From Sphingobacteriaceae bacterium (GTDB taxonomy: Bacteria > Bacteroidota > Bacteroidia > UBA7662), in NCBI GenBank assembly GCA_030682795.1, contig JAUXNJ010000010.1, positions 176,660 to 240,659 on the forward strand: DNA of 64,000 bases, read 5' to 3'. Below, piece after piece: positions 48,564-58,946 of this stretch; position 1 is the first letter of the stretch, and each line of letters begins with the position of its first letter. The notes beneath the pieces were generated by a model, which was given only the letters and a program-made list of their open reading frames with translations, was not told the DNA's origin and ran no database searches. A program made the position numbers and the translations under genes.

Positions 48564-50921
48564 ATGGTTAAATGGTTTGGTGCTTTTTGGTTGACGTGGG
48601 CTGTTGCCTTGAGCGCCACAGCCCAACTATCTGGAAGTTTTGATGCGCGCCAGCACGATTTTTCCGCCTCAAGCTTTGCTTTAAACGGCCAGTGGCAGTT
48701 TGTTTGGCAAGATTTTGTACTGCCGGAGGAGTTGCCGCAGCGTCAGACCTCCTACGTAAATTTCCCTCAGCGTTGGAACGAGCAAGGTGAATATCCTGCC
48801 AAGGGCTATGCTACTTATGCGGCTACCGTTTATCTGCCCAATGAACATCCTTTGTTAGGGATTGATTTGCCCGATGTATACACGAGTTACAAGCTTTACA
48901 TCAATGGAGCTTTGTTTTTTGCCAACGGTGAACCTGGCACAACTGAAGCCACTACCGTGCCTCGTTGGCATCCGGTGGTGTTGCCGTTGCCCAAGGGTGT
49001 TGACAGTCTACACTTGGTTTTTCACGTTGCCAATTTTCATCACGCCAAGGGAGGGCCCTACAAAGCAGTTTCAATAGGTGATTTTGAGGTGCTCAGCAGC
49101 AGCCGAAAGCGCGATGGTTCGCTCGATTTGTTGATGAGTGGTGCTTTGCTAATGGGGGGCTTATTTTTCTTTGGCTTGTATTTGTTTGGTAAATACGACC
49201 GCGCCATGTTGTTTTTTGCGCTTTATTGTTTGGCGTATAGTTACCGGCCCGTAGGTTCGAGGTTGTACGTGCTGCACGACATCTTTCCAGAGCTGAGTTG
49301 GTTTTTAACTACCCGTCTTGAGTATTTTTCCCTCTTCGCTGGGATTGGTTTTTTTGCAGTATATACCCTCTTTATTTATCCCAAAGACGTCAATCGAAAC
49401 ATCTTACAACCCCTAGCTACAGTTTGTTTTGTCTTGGCGGCTGCCACTTGGCTGGTGCCCACCTACTACATTACCATGACCCTGAACCCGTTTTTGGTGG
49501 TAATGTTTGCGGTGGTGGGCTATACCACTTATGTATATGTGCTGGCAGTGCGGCGTAAACGACTGGGTGCGAAGTTTGCCGCAGCCAGCACCATCATGGT
49601 TATGATAGTAATGGCAATTATCAACCTGGAGTATTTTCAGTTGCTGGTGCCCGTCTATTTTTTGCTATTTGCGGGTTATGTGCTATTTCTGTTTTTCCAG
49701 TCTATTGTATTGGCCTTTCGTTTTGCGAGCATCCTGGATGAAGCCCGACAGGCGGCGTTGTTAGGTTTAAGGGCTAAAACCGAGTTTTTATCTACCATGT
49801 CGCATGAAATTCGTACGCCCTTGAATGCGGTGATTGGAATGACCCACTTGCTATTGAAAAGCAAGCCGCGCGAAGATCAAGAGGAGCAGCTGGGCGTATT
49901 GTTGTTTTCGGCGCGCAACTTACTTAGCATTGTAAACGACATTTTGGATTACAATAAAATTGAGGCAGGGAAAATTAGTTTTGAGCAAATCCCGATTGAT
50001 TTTGGCCTCATTTGCAAGAATATTGCCTACGGTTTGCAGCTGCAGGCCACTGAAAAGGGGGTTGCATGTCGTTTGCAAATAGACCCCAAGCTCAATCAAA
50101 AGGTGGTTGGCGACCCAACCCGCCTCACCCAGGTGATCAGCAATTTGCTGCAAAATGCCATTAAGTTTACCAAAGAGGGCTGGGTAGAGTTGCGGGTGCA
50201 GGTGCAACACGCCTATGCCGACCAAATCCAATTGCTGGTAGAAGTGGAGGATACGGGTATCGGCATTCCGCCAGAAAAGATGGATGTAATTTTTGACCGT
50301 TTTACGCAGGCGGATTCTTCTACTTCCAGAAGTTTTGGGGGTACTGGACTGGGTTTGTCGATTGCTAAGCGCATTTTAGAAATGCAAAACAGCAAATTAG
50401 AAGTGCGCAGTAAGGTGAATGAAGGATCGGTTTTTTCGTTTCACATAACTTTGCCGTTGAGCAGTGAGTTAGCCGGTGACACCCAAGAAAAAGGGCTTTT
50501 GGCATCAGAGATGGAGACTGAGAGTGATGAATTATTGTTGCAGGGAGCATGTATTTTGTTGGTAGAAGACAATCCTCTGAACGTAAAAGTAGCCGAAGCC
50601 TTTTTACGACGTTGGGGAGCTGAGGTAGAGGTGGCTGTAAATGGTGCTGAAGCCATCGAAAAATTGGATGCCAAAAAGCACCACGTGGTGTTGATGGACT
50701 TGCACATGCCAGTTTTGGATGGGTATGAAGCCACCAAACAGCTGCGTGCGAGAGGCGAAATCTTGCCTATTATTGCGCTTACTGCCAGTTTGCCGAAAGA
50801 AGTTGAGCACGAAGCTTTCAGTTCGGGCTTAAATGCGGTTGTAGTAAAACCGTTTAATCCCGATGAGCTCAAGCAAGTGATTTGGCGACAGCTCCGTGAT
50901 ACCTCTTGGGCCAATCGCTGA
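48564..50921 (+). CDS. Hybrid sensor histidine kinase/response regulator with 7TMR-DISM extracellular and 7TM domains
   Basis: N-terminal secreted domain plus 7 TM helices. H-box STMSHEIRTPLN. G-boxes DTGIGI and GGTGLGLSI. C-terminal REC (LLVEDNPLN...LMDLHMP). Confidence 0.85.
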   Translation: MVKWFGAFWLTWAVALSATAQLSGSFDARQHDFSASSFALNGQWQFVWQDFVLPEELPQRQTSYVNFPQRWNEQGEYPAKGYATYAATVYLPNEHPLLGIDLPDVYTSYKLYINGALFFANGEPGTTEATTVPRWHPVVLPLPKGVDSLHLVFHVANFHHAKGGPYKAVSIGDFEVLSSSRKRDGSLDLLMSGALLMGGLFFFGLYLFGKYDRAMLFFALYCLAYSYRPVGSRLYVLHDIFPELSWFLTTRLEYFSLFAGIGFFAVYTLFIYPKDVNRNILQPLATVCFVLAAATWLVPTYYITMTLNPFLVVMFAVVGYTTYVYVLAVRRKRLGAKFAAASTIMVMIVMAIINLEYFQLLVPVYFLLFAGYVLFLFFQSIVLAFRFASILDEARQAALLGLRAKTEFLSTMSHEIRTPLNAVIGMTHLLLKSKPREDQEEQLGVLLFSARNLLSIVNDILDYNKIEAGKISFEQIPIDFGLICKNIAYGLQLQATEKGVACRLQIDPKLNQKVVGDPTRLTQVISNLLQNAIKFTKEGWVELRVQVQHAYADQIQLLVEVEDTGIGIPPEKMDVIFDRFTQADSSTSRSFGGTGLGLSIAKRILEMQNSKLEVRSKVNEGSVFSFHITLPLSSELAGDTQEKGLLASEMETESDELLLQGACILLVEDNPLNVKVAEAFLRRWGAEVEVAVNGAEAIEKLDAKKHHVVLMDLHMPVLDGYEATKQLRARGEILPIIALTASLPKEVEHEAFSSGLNAVVVKPFNPDELKQVIWRQLRDTSWANR

Positions 50922-50939
50922 GCCTAACGTTGGTGCAAC

Positions 50940-53285
50940 TTAAGTATTTTGCAGACTGGCTTCATAGCGAGCGGCTGCGCGCACATACATCAATTCTTCA
51001 AAGCTAAAGCGGGTATCGACCAGTTCACGCATCTCGCCGAGCTTCATATCGCTAATGCCCGGGAGCGCTTTCATAATTTCATCGTGCCGTTGGTTAGAGA
51101 CTAAGAAACGGATTTCGAGTAGTCCTGTCTCCACCGCCTCTTGCAGCTGCTGTTGAATGGTACTGCGGGCGTAGTTGCGTTTGGCTGCGATTTCTTCTAT
51201 GGTGTTGCCTTCGCGGTAGAGCAGACTAGTAGCTTGGAGATTGGCTTGCTTGCTTATTTTTTCGCCTTTTTGGGGGATTTTGCCAAGAATAGGGTGGCCG
51301 GCCCCGGTGCTTTCCATGGCTGGGGCACCACTTGAGGTGCTTTTTTTAGGCTTACTGGCGTTTTTACTGCTGCTCGGTTTGGTGGTGCTCACTTTAACGA
51401 TGGTTTTGCGCAAGGCTGTACGCCAGTCGCTATTAGCAGCTGAGAGCAAACGGCTTTTATGAAGGGGCGCTTCGCCAGTCACCGATTGCAGCAGCAGCGG
51501 AGCCTTCACCAAAAGCTCCCAGTGCCTAAAGAGTTGAGCATCGAGCTCTTCGAGTTCATTGGCATAGGTTTTCATGCCTTTTTCGGCAGCTACTTCCTGC
51601 TGTTGGATGAGGATTTGGCAGCTTAATGCCCGCAGCAAAGGCTCTGTATTTAGCAAGATGCTGGCGATTTGCGCTTTGAGCTGCTCAAAAGCTAAGGGCT
51701 GCCTTTTGAAACTGCTGCTGATTTCTAGCTCAGCCGATTTGCAATACGCCTCTAAAGGTTCTAATTGCCGCAACATGTCCATGGCCCAAACCTTATGTGT
51801 TTGCTTTTGGGAACGCACATCGTCTTTGTTATAGGAATCTAAATGCCGCCGCCAAGCATTGAGCAAGGGCCGGCAGTTGAGGCAATTGAACAGGTAATTG
51901 CGAAGGTACTGCACCGATAGTTGCTCGATGTGTTCGTGTGTAGGCGCCTGCCGTGGGGCGGTTTCGAAGTTTTGCAGACGCTCCGACATAGGAACGGCCG
52001 CCCGCGGAAATTTACTGTTGAGCACCAAACCTTCAGCTGAACGCAAGCGCGACATGGCCACATAGGCTTGTCCGCCCGCAAAGGCTTGTTGTACATCTAA
52101 AATGGCACGGTCGAAGGTGAGCCCCTGGCTTTTATGCACCGTAATAGCCCAGGCCAAGCGCAAAGGATACTGCTCGAAGCTGCCAATCTCTTCTTCGGTT
52201 ACCCGATGGGTGTCTTCCTCTGTTTTATAGCGGATGTTGGGCCAACTGATGCGGTCGACTACCAGTTCAGACTGGTCCTCAAATACCACGGTAATGTGCT
52301 TGTCGCTGATGCTGTGCACTTGTGCCAATTTGCCATTGAAAAAACGATTGCTGCCGCTGCTGTCGTTGCGTACAAACATCACTTGGGCACCTTCGCATAG
52401 TTGTAATTTGGCTTCGCATGGGAAGAGGAGCTCTGGAAATTCGCCTTTGATTTCTGCTGAAAAGCTAAAAACGGGCCTTTGCAAAGCCCCCAAGGCCGCT
52501 TGGTTGATGCGGTCGGCTTGTTGGTTGTGCGTGGTGAGGGTAATCCATGCCTTGCCATCTTGGGGCTGAAACTGCGGCTGTACTTTGGCATCGAGCCATT
52601 GATAGTCTGCCTCGGATAATTGATTGTAGCGCAAGCGGTTGAGCAGATCGGTGAACTGTGTGTCGGTTTGGCGGTATACTTGTTCTAATTTGATGTAAAC
52701 AGGCGGTTTTTTGTAGAGTGCTTGCGCTTCGAAAAAGTAGGGCGTTTTATAATACTTACGAAGTATTTCCCATTCTTCGTTTTTGGCTACAGGGGGCAAT
52801 TGCATCATATCGCCCACGAGCAGCAGCTGGAGTCCCCCGAATGGCTCCTGGTTCCGGCGTACATAGCGCAGCATGGTGTCGATGGCATCGAGCATATCGG
52901 CTCGCACCATGCTGATTTCATCGATGATGAGTAGTTCGGCACTGTTAATCACCTGCCGCTTTTCGTTGCGCATGCGGGTATGCCGAGGAATGCTTTGCGC
53001 GGTTTCGAATTTTAAATTTCCTTGCAAAACGGGCTCCCCTTGTATGGGCAAAAAGCCACCAAAGGGCAATTGAAACTGGGAATGCAAGGTTACGCCGCCC
53101 ACATTTAAAGCTGCTACACCGGTGGGGGCCGTAATGAGCAGCTGCTTGTGGGTGTGGGCAATGATGTGCCGCAACAAAGTGGTTTTGCCTGTGCCAGCCT
53201 TACCCGTTAAAAAGATGTTTTCACGGGTGTGGTTCACCAGTTGCATTACTTTTTCGGCGAGGGGGTTGTTAAAATCGACAGACAT
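50940..53285 (-). CDS. PIF1/RecD-like superfamily-1 helicase with C-terminal helix-turn-helix domain
   Basis: Walker A GKAGTGKTT, Walker B LIIDEISM. C-terminal ...ARSTIQQQLQEAVETGLL... HTH-like tail. 781 aa. Confidence 0.75.
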   Translation of the reverse strand: MSVDFNNPLAEKVMQLVNHTRENIFLTGKAGTGKTTLLRHIIAHTHKQLLITAPTGVAALNVGGVTLHSQFQLPFGGFLPIQGEPVLQGNLKFETAQSIPRHTRMRNEKRQVINSAELLIIDEISMVRADMLDAIDTMLRYVRRNQEPFGGLQLLLVGDMMQLPPVAKNEEWEILRKYYKTPYFFEAQALYKKPPVYIKLEQVYRQTDTQFTDLLNRLRYNQLSEADYQWLDAKVQPQFQPQDGKAWITLTTHNQQADRINQAALGALQRPVFSFSAEIKGEFPELLFPCEAKLQLCEGAQVMFVRNDSSGSNRFFNGKLAQVHSISDKHITVVFEDQSELVVDRISWPNIRYKTEEDTHRVTEEEIGSFEQYPLRLAWAITVHKSQGLTFDRAILDVQQAFAGGQAYVAMSRLRSAEGLVLNSKFPRAAVPMSERLQNFETAPRQAPTHEHIEQLSVQYLRNYLFNCLNCRPLLNAWRRHLDSYNKDDVRSQKQTHKVWAMDMLRQLEPLEAYCKSAELEISSSFKRQPLAFEQLKAQIASILLNTEPLLRALSCQILIQQQEVAAEKGMKTYANELEELDAQLFRHWELLVKAPLLLQSVTGEAPLHKSRLLSAANSDWRTALRKTIVKVSTTKPSSSKNASKPKKSTSSGAPAMESTGAGHPILGKIPQKGEKISKQANLQATSLLYREGNTIEEIAAKRNYARSTIQQQLQEAVETGLLEIRFLVSNQRHDEIMKALPGISDMKLGEMRELVDTRFSFEELMYVRAAARYEASLQNT

Positions 53286-53518
53286 ATGAAGCGCTATTTG
53301 GAAATCGGAAGCAATTTACCAAGGCCCGCTGCGGCTTCCTAACAATTGCCCGAAAATTGAAAAAAGACGCGCAGAAACAATGGATTGCGGAGTCCTCCCT
53401 GGTTACAATCCTTGCGGCTTGCATTGCTGTTTTAAGTGCAGGCCGGAGCAAAGGACTAAATGGGGGCTGCTTCAGAGGAAGTAAATGGAGCTCTTAAAGT
53501 GCGATAAAAGCAAGAGGT

Positions 53519-54316
53519 TTAAACTGTCCCAAAGACATCGTAGGCATACCGCAGGATCATGATCGATACGATGAGCAAAAATACCAGGCGTACAAAGCCG
53601 TTGCCACGTTTGAAGGCCATGCGGGTGCCACTTACATTGCCCGCCACATTACAAAGGGCCATCATCAGGGCCAAGGGAAGCAAAAAATAACCTGCTTTTA
53701 CAAATACAAATAAAGCCGAAAGATTGGTCACCACATTGATGGCTTTGGCATAGGCGGAGGCTTGCAGGAATTCGAAGCCTAAAATGAGCACAAAGCCGAG
53801 CACGAAGAAACTGCCGGTTCCTGGACCAAAAAAACCATCGTAAAAGCCTACGATAAGTGCTAGTAAACTGCCATAGAGGGCCTGTTTGGTCCAGGATAAC
53901 TGCTTGCTGACGACATGTCCTAGGTCTTTTTTAACATAAGTGTACACCAGCATCACCACCAAAATAACCAGAATCACCGGTTTGAGTGCGTTGCTATCTA
54001 TATAAGTTACGGCCTTAGCCCCTAAATAGGCACTGATAAAAGCCATAAGCGCCAGTACTGCCAGCAGTTTGTAATCGAAGCGGATGCGCCGCGCATAACT
54101 TACCGCTGCCACCGAGGTGCCTGCCAAAGCGGCAATTTTATTGGTGCCGAAGAGGGTTGGGATGGGCTTATCGGGCAATTGAATGAGCAAGGCTGGTAAT
54201 TGAATGAGGCCACCGCCACCCACCACTGCGTCTAAGAAGCCGGCTACATATGCCAGGGTGGCTAGACTGAGGAGCATGCTGGTGCTGTAGTCTTCAAATA
54301 TGGATAGCAATTGCAT
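53519..54316 (-). CDS. TauE/SafE family sulfite/anion exporter
   Basis: ...GFLDAVVGGGGLIQLPAL... motif repeated in both halves. 8 TM. Confidence 0.75.
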   Translation of the reverse strand: MQLLSIFEDYSTSMLLSLATLAYVAGFLDAVVGGGGLIQLPALLIQLPDKPIPTLFGTNKIAALAGTSVAAVSYARRIRFDYKLLAVLALMAFISAYLGAKAVTYIDSNALKPVILVILVVMLVYTYVKKDLGHVVSKQLSWTKQALYGSLLALIVGFYDGFFGPGTGSFFVLGFVLILGFEFLQASAYAKAINVVTNLSALFVFVKAGYFLLPLALMMALCNVAGNVSGTRMAFKRGNGFVRLVFLLIVSIMILRYAYDVFGTV

Positions 54317-54449
54317 GCTTGCAAGGTTACGAAAAGAGGACCAAGCTTGGGCCTTTACACGGCACTGGCTCTAAAATTTATCTTAGGCCCATAATCATAA
54401 ATATACAATGGGTAAGGCCGGAGCTAAAGAAGGTTGGATGGCATCGATA

Positions 54450-55343
54450 TTATTGCCTCAAATCGAAACGGAAGCCAAATTGTGAGGCCACAGTACTACG
54501 CAAAAGCGTGTAGTTTGCTTCAGGAAATGCTTGAAACAGCCCACCTGGTCTTAATTCTACAAATACATGGGCCTTTCTCCAAGCTTCGTTTCGTTTGCCG
54601 ATTCTAAAGTCGAAGCCAATGGGGAAATAAGCCAATCCACTAATTCCAGCACCGTTTCGAAAGATTTCTTCGCGCGAATCGATAACCTCGGCATTGTAGG
54701 AGAAGGTGCGAGAAGGACTGAATTCTTGGAAGGAGTTTACGTTTAAATAGGTTACGGTGGTGCTGGTGTTGAAAATCAGTCCCGTACCCAATCCTACCCC
54801 CATAAACATCGAAAAGCGCCCTTTGGCATTGATGGCATAGGTTAGGTTTAAATCAAAGTAGAGCTGGTCGTTGGAGTAGCTGGTGTTCACCGTTTCGGTG
54901 TGAATATTTTGAATGTATCGGTTCACTACACCATCGCTGTTTCTAAGGCTATCGGTTGAAATTACACTGTTTCTTCTAAAGGAATTAGTTAGCAAATCAC
55001 TGCGGTTGTACAACAGTCCCATCCTCACAGTTGGAGCCAAGGAGTGATGTTTTTTCTTTGGGAGTTTAAAGCCCAAATAACCCGCCATGGTAAAATTAGA
55101 ATTATAGTTGTAGCCCCAAAAAAAGCTTTGTAGATAGCCATTGAGGTTGTTGAGTATCGCAGATTGTGGGGCAAATTGCAAGGCAGTATTGAGGCTTAGC
55201 CGTTGGTAATTCACATTTAAATTGCCGAATTGTAGTGAAATTTCACTGAATTCAAATTTGTTTGATAAACTGTCGGATTGAGCAAAAGCAGTACCCGAAA
55301 CCAAGCTGCTGACTGCAATGAAAAGGATTTGTAGGTGCTTCAT
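54450..55343 (-). CDS. Putative outer-membrane beta-barrel protein
   Basis: Signal peptide (MKHLQILFIAVSSLVSGTAFAQ). Alternating amphipathic strands. C-terminal ...FGFRFDLRQ. The track ORF extends to 55376. Confidence 0.5.
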   Translation of the reverse strand: MKHLQILFIAVSSLVSGTAFAQSDSLSNKFEFSEISLQFGNLNVNYQRLSLNTALQFAPQSAILNNLNGYLQSFFWGYNYNSNFTMAGYLGFKLPKKKHHSLAPTVRMGLLYNRSDLLTNSFRRNSVISTDSLRNSDGVVNRYIQNIHTETVNTSYSNDQLYFDLNLTYAINAKGRFSMFMGVGLGTGLIFNTSTTVTYLNVNSFQEFSPSRTFSYNAEVIDSREEIFRNGAGISGLAYFPIGFDFRIGKRNEAWRKAHVFVELRPGGLFQAFPEANYTLLRSTVASQFGFRFDLRQ

Positions 55344-55411
55344 GCCTTGAATTTTCCACCAAAATAAACAAAGCACAGCGCAAATTCAAAGTATTTGTTT
55401 GTTGTGAAGCT

Positions 55412-55603
55412 TTATTTGCCCGACTTATCGGTAATTAAAAAGTGAATGTACAAGGTACTGAGCGTTAAAAAACCTGCTAAGGCTACGCTAGAGGCTAAAA
55501 TGCGCCATTGTGGACCGTTCATCCAGCTGAGTACGGCATAATAACCCGACCAAACCGTGAGTGTTACTAAGATCAAAACGACCACAAACTGCGAATTTTT
55601 CAT
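55412..55603 (-). CDS. Small 2-TM membrane protein (63 aa)
   Basis: MKNSQFVVVLILVTL... The longer track ORF (to 55705) overlaps the upstream desaturase-family gene and is unlikely. Confidence 0.35.
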   Translation of the reverse strand: MKNSQFVVVLILVTLTVWSGYYAVLSWMNGPQWRILASSVALAGFLTLSTLYIHFLITDKSGK

Positions 55604-55632
55604 GCTACAAAGGTAGGCAAGGAAGCCGGTAA

Positions 55633-56703
55633 TTAGTTGGCCAATGCCATGCCGTCTTTGCCTTTGCGGTAGTAGGCAATGGCGCGGTGCATAACGCCAA
55701 ACCAAAGCGGCGGCACCAGTGCCAATAGAATCATGCCGGGGTAGCCGGTGGGCATTTGTGGGCTTTCATCGAAGTGCCGCAGCACCGGGTATTTGCGACT
55801 GGCCAAAAAGTGGTGATCCGAATGCCGCGAGAGCTCTAAAAGCACGAGTCGGCCAATGGGGTGATTGGAGTTCCAAGAGTGAATGGGCAGGGTTCGTTCG
55901 TAGCCTTTATCGGTTTTTTGCCGTTGGAGGCCGTAATGCTCAATGTAGTTTACCGATTCGAGCAGGAGGATGCCAACGAGGGAGGCTGCCATAAAGAGTA
56001 GCAAAGCCAGCCCGCCAAAAACACTAAATATGGCAATGAGCAAAGCTAGTTGCCAGACTTGAAACCGCAGCATCTCATTCTCCCAGCTCCAAAATGGCTT
56101 GCCTAATTTTTGCAGCTTGGTAGCTTCTATGTGCCAGGCCGACAACCAACTGTTCAGGATGCTGCGCGGAAAAAAGGCGTAAATCGACTCGCCATACCGG
56201 CTCGAAGCGGGATCTTCGGGCGTGGCTACTCTTTTGTGATGCCCCCGGTTGTGCTCGATGAAAAAGTGCATATAAAGCGTGCTGAGCAGCAATATTTTGC
56301 TCAGGTTTTGCTCGTATTTGGTGGCTCTGTGCCCCAGTTCGTGGGCCGCATTGATGCCTAAAATGCCACAGGCCATGCCATAGGAGAGGGTGAGGCCGGT
56401 GAGTTCGAGCGCGCTGAGCCCGCCGTCTTGCAACCGTATCAAAAAGAGGCATAGCAGGAGGTACTGCAGAGGCACCAAGCTGTAAAGCAACCAGTCGTAA
56501 AAGCGGTCGGTCTTTGCCACTGCTTCTTCGGCTTCGGCCAAGTTGGCCGTACTGCCTTTGGTAAAGAGTTCGAGAAAAGGCAAAAGCCCAAATAGTACCA
56601 GCACCGAAAAAAATGTCCATCCTTCCCTGGCAAACAGCGAAAGCGCGACCACAGCAGGGGTTAGGTAAACAAATAAATATTTGGCTTTAGAGAAGTTCAT
56701 CAA
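55633..56703 (-). CDS. Membrane di-iron fatty-acid desaturase / alkane-1-monooxygenase (AlkB-like) family protein
   Basis: Histidine boxes HELGHR, EHNRGHH, and NYIEHYG...LSRHSDHH. Multiple TM helices. Confidence 0.75.
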   Translation of the reverse strand: MMNFSKAKYLFVYLTPAVVALSLFAREGWTFFSVLVLFGLLPFLELFTKGSTANLAEAEEAVAKTDRFYDWLLYSLVPLQYLLLCLFLIRLQDGGLSALELTGLTLSYGMACGILGINAAHELGHRATKYEQNLSKILLLSTLYMHFFIEHNRGHHKRVATPEDPASSRYGESIYAFFPRSILNSWLSAWHIEATKLQKLGKPFWSWENEMLRFQVWQLALLIAIFSVFGGLALLLFMAASLVGILLLESVNYIEHYGLQRQKTDKGYERTLPIHSWNSNHPIGRLVLLELSRHSDHHFLASRKYPVLRHFDESPQMPTGYPGMILLALVPPLWFGVMHRAIAYYRKGKDGMALAN

Positions 56704-56729
56704 ACGGGTAACAGTACTGTGAAAATAAG

Positions 56730-58946
56730 CTATTTTCTTTGCTTGGGCAATCTTACATAAAAGGCACTTCCTTTCCCTACCGAGCTTTCAAGCCAAATTT
56801 CACCTTGGTGTGCGGTAATAATTTGCTTTGAAATGGCCAGGCCCATGCCATACGACTTTTCGCCTGCTGTACCGGTTTGTCCCGTTACAGAAAATGCCGC
56901 GAAGAGGTTTTTTTGCTGCTCAGCTGCAATGCCAAGTCCCGTATCCCGAACAACAACAGTAACGGAGGTGGCTTCCTCGTGCATTTCTATGAAAATTTCA
57001 GCTCCTTTTTGGCTGAATTTGATAGCATTTGTGAGAAGATTGTTAAATACCCGCCAAATTTTTTGTTGGTGGATGGGCACGTTCACAGAAATCAGTTGTG
57101 CTTGAAGTGATTGCCCTTTTTTGTCGGCTTCTAGTTTGGCTAATTGCAAACAAGATTTGAGTATGCGGTCTAAATCTTGCTGTGTATAGTTTTCTGTTTT
57201 ATCTACGGTACTGATGTGTAAGAGGTCTTTGATAAAATGCAGGGCGTTTTCCGCTGACTTTTCTATCAAATGTTGAAATTCTTGTTGGTCTTTTTGGCTT
57301 AGTTTTTCATGCTGTAGCAATTGGATAGCGCTTAAAATACCCGCCATGGGTGAGCGTAAATCGTGCACTAAAACTTTCATGAGGCGGGTATTTTCGGCAT
57401 GACTTTGCTCCAAATCTTCCAATCCTTGAATTAATTGCTGGTTGAGTGCTTGCGCATTTTGATGCAGCTTCTCCAGTTCTTGCGTATAGCGTTTTTCTCT
57501 TTTTCTTTTGTTGAGAATGATAAATCCGAAGGCCAGGCTGCTTCCCAAGGCAATTAAAATGAGGAGGAAATAGAAGGTCTTTCTTTCAGAAGCATTCCGT
57601 AATTTAACCAGGTTGATTTCTTGTTCTAAAGCATTGAAGGAGGCTTTGAAATCGGGTTGGCCAAATTTATTGGGACCTTGAAACCGGATAGAATCTAATA
57701 ATTGTTGATTGATTTCGGCAAAAAACAAAGCTTGTTTGTAATCGCCGATATGTTCTGCATATGCGCGCTGCAAAGCAGCCAGCCGTTGCGCAATGAGCAG
57801 CTCAGGTTGCTGCAGTAGCTCTTGCTGGATTTCCGAAATGAGCAGGGCTGCCTGTTCGCCTTCCTTTGTTTGGAGGTACACATGGCCCAATTTGATTTTG
57901 CATAAAAGCGCATCGCCCCATTCGCCACGGGGCTTTAAATTCATATCAATGCTGCGTTGTAGGTAGAATTTAGCACTATCGAATTGCAGCATTTGTGCGT
58001 AGCAACTGCCTTTATTACCCAAAAGTACACCTAAGCTTTTGGCGTATCGAGCGCCATCTGTATGCGTTTGTTGGTAGTTGAGCAACAGTGCAATTCCTTG
58101 GTTATAATGGTACAAAGCGCTGTCGTATTGCCCTATTTTTTCATAGCATAAACCTATTTCATTATGGTCTTGCTGCTTGTTGAAAATGTGCTGAACGCTG
58201 TTCCTGATTTTGCATTGTTGGTTGATGGCGGCTCGTTCTTTAAAAAAGTACAAGGCTTCAGTATAACGTTCTTGTTTATAAAGTAAATAACCCAAAGTAT
58301 TGGCAATTCCCCTTCCTTCGCAAGTTATATTTAAGGAATCAATCAGTGTTTTTCCTTTGAATAAGGAGCGCAATGCTAATTCGAATTCGTTTTTTTCGAG
58401 GTGATAGTTCCCTTTTAAGAAGTAGTAGCGGAGGAGGTCGTGAGGGTAGTCAGGATGCGCTTTTAAGAGTGTTTTGCTACTGTCTAAATACTTTGCTGCT
58501 GCCTCATAGTCTTTGGTGGCATATAAATGCATATTGCCAAGAAAATGATACTTCCTAAGTAATTGTGGAATGGGTAGTGGATTCCAAACGTGATAAATAG
58601 AGTCTAAATAAGGGGTAACCAAAGAGGTTTGATCTTGATCAATATAGACTGCACTTTTAGCGAAAGCACTGTCAATGATTGGTTGGCTGGCTAGCTCACT
58701 GGTAGGGCTGTTTTGCTGGCAACCAAATAGCAATAACAAAACCACCACCCAAGAGGCTTTAGGATATGACATAGCCGCTCTGGATAAACCAGGGGTTTCG
58801 CTAGGTGACATGGATGTGCTTTGTGGTTTTAGGAAATTACAATGGTCGAAATTATTTTTTTTACGCCAAATTTCAAATTTTCTCGATAAAATAACTTGCT
58901 GTTTATAGAATATCTTGAGTCCTTCTAGACGGCTGTTTCCGTTCAT
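56730..58946 (-). CDS. Sensor histidine kinase with periplasmic/TPR-like repeat region
   Basis: TPR-like helical repeats. TM. H-box LVHDLRSPM. N/G-boxes ...DTGLGI...GMGLAI. An alternative start is MSYPKASW at 58772. Confidence 0.75.
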   Translation of the reverse strand: MNGNSRLEGLKIFYKQQVILSRKFEIWRKKNNFDHCNFLKPQSTSMSPSETPGLSRAAMSYPKASWVVVLLLLFGCQQNSPTSELASQPIIDSAFAKSAVYIDQDQTSLVTPYLDSIYHVWNPLPIPQLLRKYHFLGNMHLYATKDYEAAAKYLDSSKTLLKAHPDYPHDLLRYYFLKGNYHLEKNEFELALRSLFKGKTLIDSLNITCEGRGIANTLGYLLYKQERYTEALYFFKERAAINQQCKIRNSVQHIFNKQQDHNEIGLCYEKIGQYDSALYHYNQGIALLLNYQQTHTDGARYAKSLGVLLGNKGSCYAQMLQFDSAKFYLQRSIDMNLKPRGEWGDALLCKIKLGHVYLQTKEGEQAALLISEIQQELLQQPELLIAQRLAALQRAYAEHIGDYKQALFFAEINQQLLDSIRFQGPNKFGQPDFKASFNALEQEINLVKLRNASERKTFYFLLILIALGSSLAFGFIILNKRKREKRYTQELEKLHQNAQALNQQLIQGLEDLEQSHAENTRLMKVLVHDLRSPMAGILSAIQLLQHEKLSQKDQQEFQHLIEKSAENALHFIKDLLHISTVDKTENYTQQDLDRILKSCLQLAKLEADKKGQSLQAQLISVNVPIHQQKIWRVFNNLLTNAIKFSQKGAEIFIEMHEEATSVTVVVRDTGLGIAAEQQKNLFAAFSVTGQTGTAGEKSYGMGLAISKQIITAHQGEIWLESSVGKGSAFYVRLPKQRK

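Noticed and set aside
55604-55705. N-terminal extension of the 97-aa minus ORF overlapping the desaturase gene
   Set aside because: Overlaps the 3' end of the AlkB-like gene by >70 bp. The internal Met at 55603 starts a clean 2-TM peptide.
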